From positions 1 through 64,000 of the IMG/VR virus record IMGVR_UViG_3300006752_000018: 64,000 nt of DNA. One strand, given 5' to 3'. Positions 43,101-53,400 of this stretch are shown here, in pieces. The first letter of the stretch is position 1; every line of letters starts with the position of its first letter. The position numbers were made by a program, and so were the translations under genes. Below the pieces are notes generated by a model. It had not been told where the DNA came from and ran no database searches. It saw only the letters and a list, made by a program, of their open reading frames with translations. This DNA comes from a virus.

Positions 43101-44860
43101 CTTTAACAGATTATTATACATTTACTGGAAATGGACTTTCAAGTTTTAATAACCCTAATTTAACATTAATAAGAGGACGTACATATAGATTTAGTGTCAA
43201 TGCTCCTGGACATCCTTTTTATATTAAGACTGATGCTGTTGCAGGTAACGTAAATTTATACCCTACTGGGGTAACCGGTCAAGGTGTTACATCAGGTGTT
43301 TGTGAATTTACCGTTCCATTAAATGCTCCTAATAGATTATATTATCAATGTAGTGCGCACTTAGATATGGGCGGACAATTAAATATGGTGGATGAATCAA
43401 TTCGCACAGAACCATTTTATATTCAAGAAAATTCTGGATCATTTACTATTGTGACTACAGCAGATTCTGAAACAATAGAAAATAAATTTAGTATAAGTAT
43501 CCTAGATGGACTAGGTAATACAGTTCATACAACAGACGAATTAACTATTAAACCTACTGTTGAATTTAGAATACCCACTTTAGTATACGACGAAGGTACA
43601 GTCGTTACTGCTAATATAGATTGTGCTTCACAGGGCACCCATTCATATGCAGTGTCGGGTACAAATATAGATTCAGGAGACTTTATTACAGCTATTTCAG
43701 GTACATTTACTCCTCAAGTAAATGCTACATATTACGGATTTAGTTCGGCTTTGCAATTTCCTATATCAAACGATAATATTTCTGAAAGTGTGGAAAGTTT
43801 TACAATTACAATAACTGATCCAGACGGAAATGTGTTTGACTCAAATAGCATTACAATAAACGATACTAGTGAAACCCCGTCAACAGGTACAAAGTCATTT
43901 ACATCAAGTCAAGAATGGGTAGTACCCGGCGGTGTTAGTAGTATTAGCGCAGTAGTAATCGGAGGCGGTGGTGGCGGATCCGGACATATGGTTTCAGGCA
44001 CTAATCCTTATCCTCAAACACAGGGTTCAGTAGATATTACTAACACAGGTTCCGGTGGTGGAGGTGGCGGAGGTGCAGTTGCTTGGGCAGAGAGTATTCC
44101 AGTAACAGCAGGTGAAACTATATCAATCACTGTAGGAGCGGGTGGCAGCGCAGGTACAGCAATTCAAGAAAATGGCGGCAACGGAGGTGAAAGTAATATT
44201 AGACGGAGTACTACAAAACTTTTAGCAGCCGGTGGCGGCGGCGGTGGTAAGCAAACATGGGCAACATTTACACCCTTCGCCAATAGCACTGGAGGTAATA
44301 CAGATAACGGCGGAGCAGGAGGAAGTAACAGAGTTTACGATGCTACGGTAATTGCTTCTGGTAACACTGGCGGCGGTGACGGCGGAATCGGAGGTCATAC
44401 TGACGGGCAACGTGGCGGTGGTGGCGGTGGTGCTGGAGGTTATCAAGGATCTGGTGGATCTGGCGCAGGTAGAGTAACTTCTAATCCAGGAAACGGTTCA
44501 GGTGGAGGCGGTGGCGGAGCTCACGAATCTGCTAACTTTTATTACACTTCATATGGCCAAGGCTATTATGATCCTACAACCGGCGGCGGAGGCGGCGGAG
44601 TAGGAGTTAACGGTGTAGGTGTTAGTGGTAATGCTGGTTCACAAGGTGCATCTAGTTCATATACTTCTGACAAAAATGGATCAGGAGGGTCAGGCGGCGC
44701 CGATGGTTCTGGAACTGGTGGGGAGTTTGGCGGCGGCGGTGGCGGTTCGTCAGGAGGCAATAGTACAGGTATACCTAATGACATAGGGGCAGCCGGTAGT
44801 AGAGGAGTAGTACGTGTTATTTGGGGTGCAGGGTATTCTTATCCAAATAATGCTATCTGA
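40169..44860 (+). CDS. Large adhesin-like virion protein (1563 aa): two Gly-rich domains, Calx-beta/Ig-like repeats, cupredoxin-like domain
   Basis: PGTYTWDVP..IGGGG..GAVRIVWG; several DEG repeats; GHPFYIKT..YYQCSAHLDM; a second Gly-rich domain ending GVVRVIWG. Confidence 0.75.
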   Translation: MSDIGIVGILSASGTSGSIEFETQLSEIIVPNNSIVRVGIISNRKSVTYTIEQDTASNLVNVPAFTFEDYGTTESGDNLTVLKIETDDDYQNTVYKLKATVNADVYAYSRRFEIRSSPVGAATYNKTVSIDQPSATLVVLDNAAQSFNIPILRTFEVNNLQPQGQVAYTSPGTYTWDVPSGVTEISMVAIGGGGAGGGAYGTQLGAFWGKGGAGAGLAWGTASVTSGDSIKIEVGEGGVGQTGDAGLSGQTSRICHMGNNCQFMAACGGGGGGISGLNNYEPLSTGGQYVVDSALSSSGGGNGGSGGGTERSTDSDGAILEGWPGGGGGTAGYSGNGGSGGPRSGIAPYGLDGSGGGGAGGYRQCGGGTGLWQVCQQSIGGNNVNGYKGSNGSTGALVYKKYGANTSPSTGWFGHGASGYEWPGTDADKCFPGPSGGDGAVRIVWGGGREYEGQTIQTPQHNDDVYEVEDGTTLNFNEDTPIISYKLTGTIPNTVDTDAINVDRELQFESGSNVQNIVIPVLDDAISDTAGSNTGTFTFNLTASTDEYTVSTNTATLGIQTNPNPPVREIGWLSPTYNIDEGETISVKLLRTSIRNGTSDLGLPITVFWSIRGENVGDDPDDRWNTTSGSTIIPAGETEAAINLSIAPNNTEAPSSTNIIEINSVSDARYTVTGNSLITINNLYKLVRIASSAIFTEGETGSVTLSRVYKRNGADATPDDTTVISWGFGTALNDSRVTLTSGTVSIAGTALTNDINIPVSSTAGLQTSTFNTIRILNATSNYIIDDANNTSTIRINDTIDEVKTISISTPNVSVDEGNTFTVILQREHLVDGVSSLSDRPTIAWTLTNADSRFVGTSGVSAWQSDETDLSISIPTELSEIYIGDATATFTIYNPSLLYEIEGNDSITLTLIENDTAPTIDVTFDNTIVRGGQSIIGTVSTQSVLDGSAYKYYINHNSTNNFDFTSDTSSPISFNIVNTLTDYYTFTGNGLSSFNNPNLTLIRGRTYRFSVNAPGHPFYIKTDAVAGNVNLYPTGVTGQGVTSGVCEFTVPLNAPNRLYYQCSAHLDMGGQLNMVDESIRTEPFYIQENSGSFTIVTTADSETIENKFSISILDGLGNTVHTTDELTIKPTVEFRIPTLVYDEGTVVTANIDCASQGTHSYAVSGTNIDSGDFITAISGTFTPQVNATYYGFSSALQFPISNDNISESVESFTITITDPDGNVFDSNSITINDTSETPSTGTKSFTSSQEWVVPGGVSSISAVVIGGGGGGSGHMVSGTNPYPQTQGSVDITNTGSGGGGGGGAVAWAESIPVTAGETISITVGAGGSAGTAIQENGGNGGESNIRRSTTKLLAAGGGGGGKQTWATFTPFANSTGGNTDNGGAGGSNRVYDATVIASGNTGGGDGGIGGHTDGQRGGGGGGAGGYQGSGGSGAGRVTSNPGNGSGGGGGGAHESANFYYTSYGQGYYDPTTGGGGGGVGVNGVGVSGNAGSQGASSSYTSDKNGSGGSGGADGSGTGGEFGGGGGGSSGGNSTGIPNDIGAAGSRGVVRVIWGAGYSYPNNAI

Positions 44861-44866
44861 TAAATA
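44861..44866 (+). promoter_or_regulatory. T4-like late promoter core TAAATA
   Basis: TGATAAATAC directly after the TGA stop; AGGAG lies downstream. Confidence 0.75.
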
Positions 44867-44883
44867 CAATATAGGAGATTGAC

Positions 44884-45249
44884 ATGGCTGATTTTTATGT
44901 AGGTAATGATGCAGGAATGCTTGCAGATTCCTTAGGAGGTGCAAGATACTTCTATGGTTTAAGAAGAGATCCAGATGGATATTTATATTTTGCAAAAGTT
45001 GACCAACTGAATGTTACAGATGGAATTCAAATAAACAACGTTGGTGATGACCCTAGTCAAGATTATCCAGGATTTACTCCAGGACAAGACTTTTTTGAAG
45101 GTAGAGATACATATCATAACCTTGTATATAGAAACTTAAACTACGAACAATTCCGTTGGGATGATAGAAATGTTTATTATTATATTAACGACGACGGAGA
45201 ATTTGTTGTAAGAATTAACCAAGGTTACACTTACTCAGACGATGTATAA
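44884..45249 (+). CDS. Hypothetical structural protein (121 aa), paralogue of 31924..32430
   Basis: Shared motifs with 31924; strong AGGAG RBS. Confidence 0.75.
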   Translation: MADFYVGNDAGMLADSLGGARYFYGLRRDPDGYLYFAKVDQLNVTDGIQINNVGDDPSQDYPGFTPGQDFFEGRDTYHNLVYRNLNYEQFRWDDRNVYYYINDDGEFVVRINQGYTYSDDV

Positions 45250-45261
45250 TTAGGAAAGAAA

Positions 45262-48200
45262 ATGGCAGAATTTAATATATCACGATTTAAATACGTTTGG
45301 AAAGGTCCGTGGGCTAACGGTACTTCATTTAGTCAAGATGATATTGCAGTCGTAGGTGGTAAAATTTATGTATGTCTCATAGGGCATATATCTTCGCTTT
45401 CTTCATTCGACGATGATCTAAACGCACTCGACCAGTATGGCAATCCAGAACCAAGATGGGTGTTAATGGCAGAAGGTCAACGCTGGAGAGGAAATTGGGC
45501 TGCTAGTACAAAGTATGAAACAAGTGAACTTATTAAATATGGCGCTACAATTTATAGCTGTATTGCAGGACATACAAGTGCAGCTTTAACAACAGATGGA
45601 GTTGCAGCAGACATTGAAAAGTGGACATTCATTGCTAAAACTTCTGATTGGAGAGCAAGTTGGACTGTATCTCGCAGCTATTTTGTAGGCGATGTGGTTA
45701 CATATAATGGTGCTATATATCAGTGTATACAAGAACACACTTCAAGGTCAACTACCGAAGGATTAGAATCTGATCAAGAAAAATGGCTGTTAATTAATTC
45801 TTCTGATAATTATAGATTTACATGGGGCACTGGAAATAGATATGTACTAGGAGATGTTATAACATATGGTGGTAGAATATACCGCTGTACTACAGGACAT
45901 ACATCTAATGCTAACGAATTGTTAGGCTTGCCTATTGATTCTAGCAACTGGGAAATTGTATTAGACAGTACACGTTACAGAGGTAATTATGCAAATGACA
46001 CAGTATATCTACCTAATGATATTATAAAATGGAATAACAGTTTATTCATTACACAGGCAGTTGTAAGTAATTCAACATTTACACCAGGTAACTGGACACT
46101 TTATATTCCTGGAACAGGGTACGAAGCAGCGTATGATAAAACATTATCATATCAAATAGGAGATATGGTTTTATACGGAGGTTATACTTATAGAAGTATT
46201 AGTAACTTAAATGTTGGAAATATTCCTTCTACTACTAGTGCGCAATGGACATTAGTGTCAACAAGTTACAACTTTAGAGGACAATGGACTGCTGATACTT
46301 TATATAAAACCGGTGATGTAGCACGAGATGGCGGCGACTTATATGTTGCAACACAAGATACATCATCTTATCCGATTGAAGAACCAACGACTATTACATA
46401 CGAAGTTACAGTTAAAGAAGTAAACAGTGCAAACAGATATCATGTCAATGACATTCTTACTCCTAATTTATTTTTAGTAACAGGTAACACATATATAATT
46501 GACCAGACAGATGTTACAAACAATACACATCCAATGTACTTTAGCACTATTGCTAACGGGCATCATGTTGACGGTTCTTATAATTACCTTGCAGGACCTG
46601 TATATTTACTGGACGATATTGAAACTACACCTGAATTATATATAAGCGGCTTTAGTGCTGCTAATTCTAGAAAAATAAGAATTGAACCGGAATTTAATTG
46701 GGGAGAATTTTATCCTGTATGTGCAAATCATAGCGGCATGTACAACTTTTCATCAATAACACCTACTAATGATAGCACAAGTTGGGATAGAATAGTTAGA
46801 GGACAAGCATGGAAAGGTCCTTGGAATTCTACAAATAGATATGCACTAGGTGATGTATCAACCTATGCAGGAACAGCATATACTTGTGTACAAGCTCACA
46901 GAGGCGACGACAGTAGTTTAGTACGACCGGATATAGATGCTGACAACAGTTATTGGGAAGTGCTTATTTTAGGTAGTGCTACTAACGTTCTTATTAATGT
47001 AGGTGATATAAAATATAGAAGAGACACTGATGATTTAGCATTTCCTATCGGCACTGCTGGTAATACTCTAAAGGTCGATAATACAGCCCCGTCATTACCA
47101 CCTATTGAATGGTCTGCATTCCAGGCTACACCTAAAGTTTACTATGTTAGTTTACTCGGAGCAGATACAATACAAAATGGTTCCGAAGGAGCACCATTTA
47201 GGACAATTAAATATGCATGTGAGTATATAGCAGCTGATGCTCCAGCTAGATCTCCTGCAACTCTTTTCCTCAAGACCGGAACATTTGAAGAAGAATTACC
47301 CATTGTTGTTCCAAGAGATGTTGCAATTGTAGGAGACGAATTACGAAGTGTAGCAATTAAACCAGCTACTGGATTTGAAACTGCAAATATGTTTTATATG
47401 TCTAATGGCAGCGGGTTACGTAATTGCACCTTACAAGGGTTAAACGGGACACTAGGAGATCTAAACGAATACTTAACAAGAAGACCAACCGCAGGTTCGT
47501 ATGTAAGTTTAAATCCTGGAACAGGTCCAAACGACCAAACTGCTTGGATTGATAGTAAATCTCCTTATGTGCAAAATGTTTCAGCATTTGGTACAGGATG
47601 TACTGGAATGAAAATTGACGGAGCTCTGCACAACGGAGGCTATAGATCAATGGTTGCAAACGATTTTACACAAATCTTAAGTGACGGCATTGGTTACTGG
47701 GCAAGCGGTGAAGGCAGATCAGAACTTGTTAGTGTGTTTACCTATTATTGTCATATAGGATATCTTGCAACAGGTGGCGGTAAATTACGTGCTACAAATG
47801 GTAACAATTCGTATGGTCAATTTGGATCAGTAGCAGAAGGTGTAAATGATGAAGAATTGCCTATCACTGCTACATTAAATAACAGAGCTAAAGAAGCACA
47901 AGCATCTGAAGTTTACTCAGACGAAAATGGAAAAATTATCGGCCTATCCTATAGTCATGCTGGTCAAGATTACACATCAGCACAATATATAATTACAGGT
48001 TCGGGCGTAGCAGGTAACTTAGAAGCACAGCATACTAGATATAAAGGTGTTTCAGAAATTAGAATTAAAGAACCAGAAGATTCTAGTAACATAGGCGGCG
48101 CTGATTATAGAAGAATAGAAAACAACGCTCAAATTGGTGGCTTAACTAGTATTACGTTATCAGCTTCAGAAATTATAGATGATAATAGTTATGTCGGTAT

Positions 48201-50400
48201 GAATATTTTTATTAAAGCCGGTTTAGGTGCAGGACAATGGGGCAAAATAAGTGCATACGATCCTAGTACGAAAGTTGCTACTATAGAAAATATGTGGGGA
48301 CAAACTGGTTGGAATACATTTGTTGCAGGCAAAGCTATAAGCACAACACTTGACGGTACTACTCGTTATGTAATTGAACCATATTTTGACATAGAAGATC
48401 CTGAATATAATTCATTTACTCAAGCAACTGGTAGTTTTAAAGAATTAGGTGCTGTCGCTTCTAACGGAAATGTGAATATTGCTACAACATTAGGTTCAAA
48501 TGTTGTTGCTTATTCAACAACAGGACAGACTTGGATCAATACAACGTTGCCTGCAAGTGCTGATTGGAAATCTGCAATTTGGACTGGCATTAAGTTCATG
48601 GCGTTTGCTACTACAGGAGAAGTAGCAGAATCATCAGACGGTATTAACTGGGCAACATCTAGTGCAGCACCAAATCTATCATACCAAGATGTTAAACGGT
48701 ATAACGCTACATTGATTGCTGTTGCAACTGGAACACAAAACGTAGCTGTATCTACTGATAGCGGTGTTTCTTGGTCGCAACAAAATACAGGTAAAGCAGG
48801 AGGCTTTAGCTTTGTAGCAGTTGACTCTAACAGATGGGTTATAGCTGATACAACTGGTGTTGTATATGATAGTGTTGATAATGGTGGCAGCTGGAGTGCG
48901 TTATCCGGAGGAAGTATTTTATCAACCTTAGCAGGATATGAATTAACAGACCTTGATGGCGGCTCTAATGCATTTGTTGCATGTGCTAGAGATATAGGCG
49001 GTATAAATCCGAGTTTACCTTTATACACAAGAAGCGTATATAATGAACCTTTACAGTTTAGTGTAGGTAATCATTTTAAAGGTGCAGAAGCTGATCCAAA
49101 TGCAATTAGTGTAGGGGTATGGCGAATAGACATAAACAATGGCTTAATGATAGCAGTAGCAAATAACGGCGTTTTAAATGTTAGCCAAGATGCAATTAAC
49201 TGGAGAGCTATTACACCTATCGGAGGACAAACTTGGTCAGCACTTTCATATGTTGAATATATCGGCGACGGTAATAGTCCTTACAGTGCATGGGTATTAG
49301 TTAACAATACAAGTTCTTCAAATATGCAATTCTTAGAGTATGGTGCAAGGGCTGTTGTTAGGCCCAATATAAAATCTAACAGAATTGACGGATTCTTTAT
49401 TTTAGACCCAGGCAGTAATTATCAAAATCCACCTGCATCAGAAATAATAGACAGTCAGTCTGTCACAGATGCACAGTATGATATGAGACTTGCAAGCGGT
49501 GTCTTAGCACAGCCTAGTATATTAGATCCTGGATCATTGTATTTTAAAACAAGTGTAACTATAGACGGCGATGGATTTGCAGATCAATTTCCAGTTGGCG
49601 GTATAGTCCAAGTTAGTAATTTGCTTAGAGCACCTGGACCAGGTGACGCTATAACATTTACAGGATTAGATAAACAATTTTATATACAAAAAATTAGTAA
49701 TTTACAAGGTACAGAACCTGCATTGTCTGCAGAATTCCAAATTACACCGCCGTTAGATATTAATGAAGCACCGGTGCATAATACATTTGTTAACATACGT
49801 CAAAACTTTAGTCAAGTACGATTAACTGGACACGATTTTTTAGACATAGGGTCCGGTAACTTTACTTCAACAGCATATCCACAAAGATATACAGAAGGAT
49901 TTACATCAGATAACGAAGTAAGACAAAATCAAGAAACAGCAGGATCCGGTGGTGGACGAGTATTTTATACGAGTACAGACCAAGACGGAAACTTTAGAGT
50001 TGGTGAATTGTTCAAAGTTGATCAGGCAACTGGTACAGTTACAATTAGTGCTTCACAGTTTGATTTGTCAGGCCTTGATGAACTTAGAATCGGTGGTATT
50101 GTACTAGGTGGTACAAACGCTGTCGTTAGAGAATTTAGTACAGATCCTACATTTGTAGATAATAGTGATAATGTTGTGCCTACACAAAAAGCAATAGCTG
50201 CATATATTACTAGTCGTATTTCAAGTGGCGGATCAATAATTAACGCAAACGCATTGCTTACAAGCCAATTACGTGTCGACATACAAGGAATAAATTTGAA
50301 TGAAAATGCCACAGCAACACAAATTAATGTGGATGCTGCAATTAATCTGCAAAGTTATTCAGGGTTATATATAATGTCACAATTGTTTACGGCGCCTTAA
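45262..50400 (+). CDS. Tail spike/fibre protein (1712 aa): 8 CBM5/12-like Trp repeats, cupredoxin-like insert, beta-helix, Asp-box beta-propeller
   Basis: W.G.W...T.Y..GD.V.YGG..Y.C repeats; THPMYF..CANHSGM; GDELRS and SPYVQNVS; Asp-box motifs STDSGVSW and SVDNGGSW at about 48400-49340. Confidence 0.8.
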   Translation: MAEFNISRFKYVWKGPWANGTSFSQDDIAVVGGKIYVCLIGHISSLSSFDDDLNALDQYGNPEPRWVLMAEGQRWRGNWAASTKYETSELIKYGATIYSCIAGHTSAALTTDGVAADIEKWTFIAKTSDWRASWTVSRSYFVGDVVTYNGAIYQCIQEHTSRSTTEGLESDQEKWLLINSSDNYRFTWGTGNRYVLGDVITYGGRIYRCTTGHTSNANELLGLPIDSSNWEIVLDSTRYRGNYANDTVYLPNDIIKWNNSLFITQAVVSNSTFTPGNWTLYIPGTGYEAAYDKTLSYQIGDMVLYGGYTYRSISNLNVGNIPSTTSAQWTLVSTSYNFRGQWTADTLYKTGDVARDGGDLYVATQDTSSYPIEEPTTITYEVTVKEVNSANRYHVNDILTPNLFLVTGNTYIIDQTDVTNNTHPMYFSTIANGHHVDGSYNYLAGPVYLLDDIETTPELYISGFSAANSRKIRIEPEFNWGEFYPVCANHSGMYNFSSITPTNDSTSWDRIVRGQAWKGPWNSTNRYALGDVSTYAGTAYTCVQAHRGDDSSLVRPDIDADNSYWEVLILGSATNVLINVGDIKYRRDTDDLAFPIGTAGNTLKVDNTAPSLPPIEWSAFQATPKVYYVSLLGADTIQNGSEGAPFRTIKYACEYIAADAPARSPATLFLKTGTFEEELPIVVPRDVAIVGDELRSVAIKPATGFETANMFYMSNGSGLRNCTLQGLNGTLGDLNEYLTRRPTAGSYVSLNPGTGPNDQTAWIDSKSPYVQNVSAFGTGCTGMKIDGALHNGGYRSMVANDFTQILSDGIGYWASGEGRSELVSVFTYYCHIGYLATGGGKLRATNGNNSYGQFGSVAEGVNDEELPITATLNNRAKEAQASEVYSDENGKIIGLSYSHAGQDYTSAQYIITGSGVAGNLEAQHTRYKGVSEIRIKEPEDSSNIGGADYRRIENNAQIGGLTSITLSASEIIDDNSYVGMNIFIKAGLGAGQWGKISAYDPSTKVATIENMWGQTGWNTFVAGKAISTTLDGTTRYVIEPYFDIEDPEYNSFTQATGSFKELGAVASNGNVNIATTLGSNVVAYSTTGQTWINTTLPASADWKSAIWTGIKFMAFATTGEVAESSDGINWATSSAAPNLSYQDVKRYNATLIAVATGTQNVAVSTDSGVSWSQQNTGKAGGFSFVAVDSNRWVIADTTGVVYDSVDNGGSWSALSGGSILSTLAGYELTDLDGGSNAFVACARDIGGINPSLPLYTRSVYNEPLQFSVGNHFKGAEADPNAISVGVWRIDINNGLMIAVANNGVLNVSQDAINWRAITPIGGQTWSALSYVEYIGDGNSPYSAWVLVNNTSSSNMQFLEYGARAVVRPNIKSNRIDGFFILDPGSNYQNPPASEIIDSQSVTDAQYDMRLASGVLAQPSILDPGSLYFKTSVTIDGDGFADQFPVGGIVQVSNLLRAPGPGDAITFTGLDKQFYIQKISNLQGTEPALSAEFQITPPLDINEAPVHNTFVNIRQNFSQVRLTGHDFLDIGSGNFTSTAYPQRYTEGFTSDNEVRQNQETAGSGGGRVFYTSTDQDGNFRVGELFKVDQATGTVTISASQFDLSGLDELRIGGIVLGGTNAVVREFSTDPTFVDNSDNVVPTQKAIAAYITSRISSGGSIINANALLTSQLRVDIQGINLNENATATQINVDAAINLQSYSGLYIMSQLFTAP

Positions 50401-50413
50401 ATTTGGATAAGGA

Positions 50414-50419
50414 TAAATA
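50414..50419 (+). promoter_or_regulatory. T4-like late promoter core TAAATA
   Basis: GGATAAATAA in the intergenic gap. Confidence 0.7.
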
Positions 50420-50437
50420 ATATTAAGCAATTGCCTA

Positions 50438-50453
50438 TAGGGGAGAGTGAACC
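50438..50453 (+). promoter_or_regulatory. Conserved 16-nt leader/RBS element TAGGGGAGAGTGAACC (copy 2)
   Basis: Identical to 25168-25183. Confidence 0.75.
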
Positions 50454-50455
50454 GA

Positions 50456-53400
50456 ATGGCTGAATTTAAACTCGGTAGAATCAGATTTATCTGGAAGGGT
50501 ACCTGGACCGCAGGTACTGAATATGTACGTGACGATATTGTATCGTATGGTGGTAAAACATTTATTGCCATCCTTGCACATACAGCAAGTAGTGATCTTG
50601 AAACAGATCTTAATGATGTCCAACCAAAATGGGAACAGTTCGGCGACGGTTTAGCATGGCGCGGCGATTGGAATGTTGCAACATATTATAAAGTAAATGA
50701 CATTGTTAAAAACGGCGGTTTCTTGTATATATGTAATACAGGACACACGTCTAATGCTGATGTCTTAATAGGTCTTGAAGGTAATCTTTCAAACTGGGAT
50801 TTGTTTGCTGAAGGTTTAAATTACGCAGGAGCCTGGAGCACAAACACAAAATATAAAATCAATGATATTATAGCATATGGCACAGCTACGTATATTTGTA
50901 CACAAGCGCATACAAGTGCTGCAAATATTGTAGACGGGTTAGAAGTTGATGATTTAAAATGGTCAGTCTTTTCAAGAGGTATGGATTGGAAAGGTGTTTG
51001 GACAACAAGCACACGTTACAAAGAGTACGATGTTGTAAATTATTACGGAAGAATTTACATGTGCTCTACCGGACACACATCACAAGCTACTGTTGCAGCA
51101 GGTTTAGAAGATGATATTGTTAACTGGAATTTAATGTACGATGGCATTAATTACAGAGCAGCGTGGGCACCTACTACACGTTATACAGTAAACGATGTTG
51201 TAAAAAACGGACCTAGCTTATATATTTCCACAGCAGAACACACATCCACCGGGACATTTGCTGCTGATTCATCTAATTGGGATGTATATTTACCCGGCAT
51301 AGAATTTGAAGATTCATGGAGCAATAGCACAATTTATCAACCTGGTGACATTGTAACATATGGTGGATATACGTATATCGCAAAATCAGATCACAGCAAC
51401 AGTGTACCATCGACAACACCTGCAGACTGGGATTTATTTATAACTGGATTTAATTTAGAAGGCGACTGGGACATTGCTACAAATTATAAAGTAGGTGATG
51501 TTATAAGATTAAACGGTTACACATATCTTTGTAATGCTGATAACGTCGGCAATATTCCGCCTAATGCAAGCTACTGGGACAAACTAAACGAAGGCTTCTA
51601 TTGGACTAGTGCATGGGCTGATGCAACGTCATATGTTGCAGGAGACGTGGTTAATTTTAGCGGAAATGCATATGTTTGTATCTTGGCACACATAGCAGAC
51701 ATTGCGTCAAACAAACCAGATTTAGATACAAATGGTACATATTGGAATATTGTAAGTTCAACTGCGGAAGAAAATACACTTACAACTGACGGCGATATAT
51801 TATATTATGCAGGGTCAGGACCGGCTAGATTACCAATAGGAAATCCAGGACAGGTATTAGCAGTTAATGCAAGTGCAACTGCGCCTGAATGGATTGATTT
51901 TGGATTTGTTGAAAACGTATTTTACGTAGCACCAAACGGAACAGATGCAGACGGATTTGGAACAACCTTAGATAGACCATATGCTAGTGTAGCATATTGT
52001 ATGAATTACATTTTAACTTCAACTAGAAGACACAACGCAAAGGCATTATTAGATGCAAATGTAGATTTCATTGCAGCAGAAGTTGTAGAATGGACTGATT
52101 ATCAGATTGCAAATAGTATTGCACCATTTACAAATGCATTTACATATGATAAGGCTTTGTGCTTGCGAGATATGAAAAAGATTGTAAAAGCAGTAGGATA
52201 TGATATATCACATGGCGGAAATGTTGAAACAAGAAAAACAGCGCAATCATATTTTACCGCAGCAGGTGCAAGCTATATTCTTGGACAAGAAACAGAAACT
52301 GTTGCATCTATCAATTATAGTTTAGAAGTTGTTGATGCTGTGTTAAGCAATGTTGCTCCAGCTACAAACTATCAAACTGAAAACAGTGTTGCAACACCTG
52401 TAACACAAACTATTGACGGTACATTGACAGAAGAAGCTGATGCAGAAACTACATATGATACTTTAGTAGGGTTAATTACTGCATCTATTACAGCTGGCAA
52501 TACAAATTCTTTACCTGCAGAACAAGTTGTTAATACAACTGTATTTGTTAAAACAGGTGAGTACTTAGAGCAATTACCAATTTCTATTCCTGCACATACA
52601 GCAATAGTAGGCGACGAGTTACGTTCTACAAAAATTAAGCCTGCTTCAGGCAATGAAACAGCAAATATGTTTTATGTAAGAAATGGTTGCGGAATAAGAA
52701 ACTGTACACTTGCAGGCTTAACAGGATCACTTAGCGGAGCAAATGCGTTTGGTACAAGTCGTCCTAGTGCAGGCGCCTATGTAAGTTTAGATCCAGGTGA
52801 AGATGAAACAGATAGACTAGTTTGGATTCATAGTAAATCACCATACATACAAAATGTGTCAACATTTGGCACAGGCTGTATAGGGTTAAAAGTAGATGGC
52901 AACTTACATGATGGTGGTAACGACTCAATTGTTGCAAACGACTTTACACAAATCTTGAGCGATGGCATTGGATATTGGGTTACAAACTTAGGTAGATCAG
53001 AGCTTGTTAGTGTGTTTACATACTACAACCATATTGGTTACCTTGCAGAAAACGGTGGTAAGATTCGTGCTACTAACGGTAACAACTCATATGGTGCATT
53101 TGGATCAGTAGCAGAAGGCATTGACTCAACAGAAGTGCCTAATACAAGTACAGTCAATAACTACTATACAGAAGCAAACGTTGCAGAGACTATTACCGAC
53201 GGTGATAGAATTTTAGCACTAGAATATGCAAACTGTGGTGTATCATATACAACTGCAACTTATACATTTATTGGTGAAGGTATTGACGTAGCAGTAGGCG
53301 CAATAGATACAAATGACGGCGGTATATTTGAAATAAGGTTGTTAAATAGTGCAGGAAATTATGGTGGTGCTGATTACCAAACATCTTTAAATAATGCACA

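Noticed and set aside
19571-52498. Calling the inserts cpcA/cpcB or the host a cyanobacterium
   Set aside because: The similarity is motif-level and judged by eye, the domains are embedded in structural proteins, and nothing in the window identifies the host.
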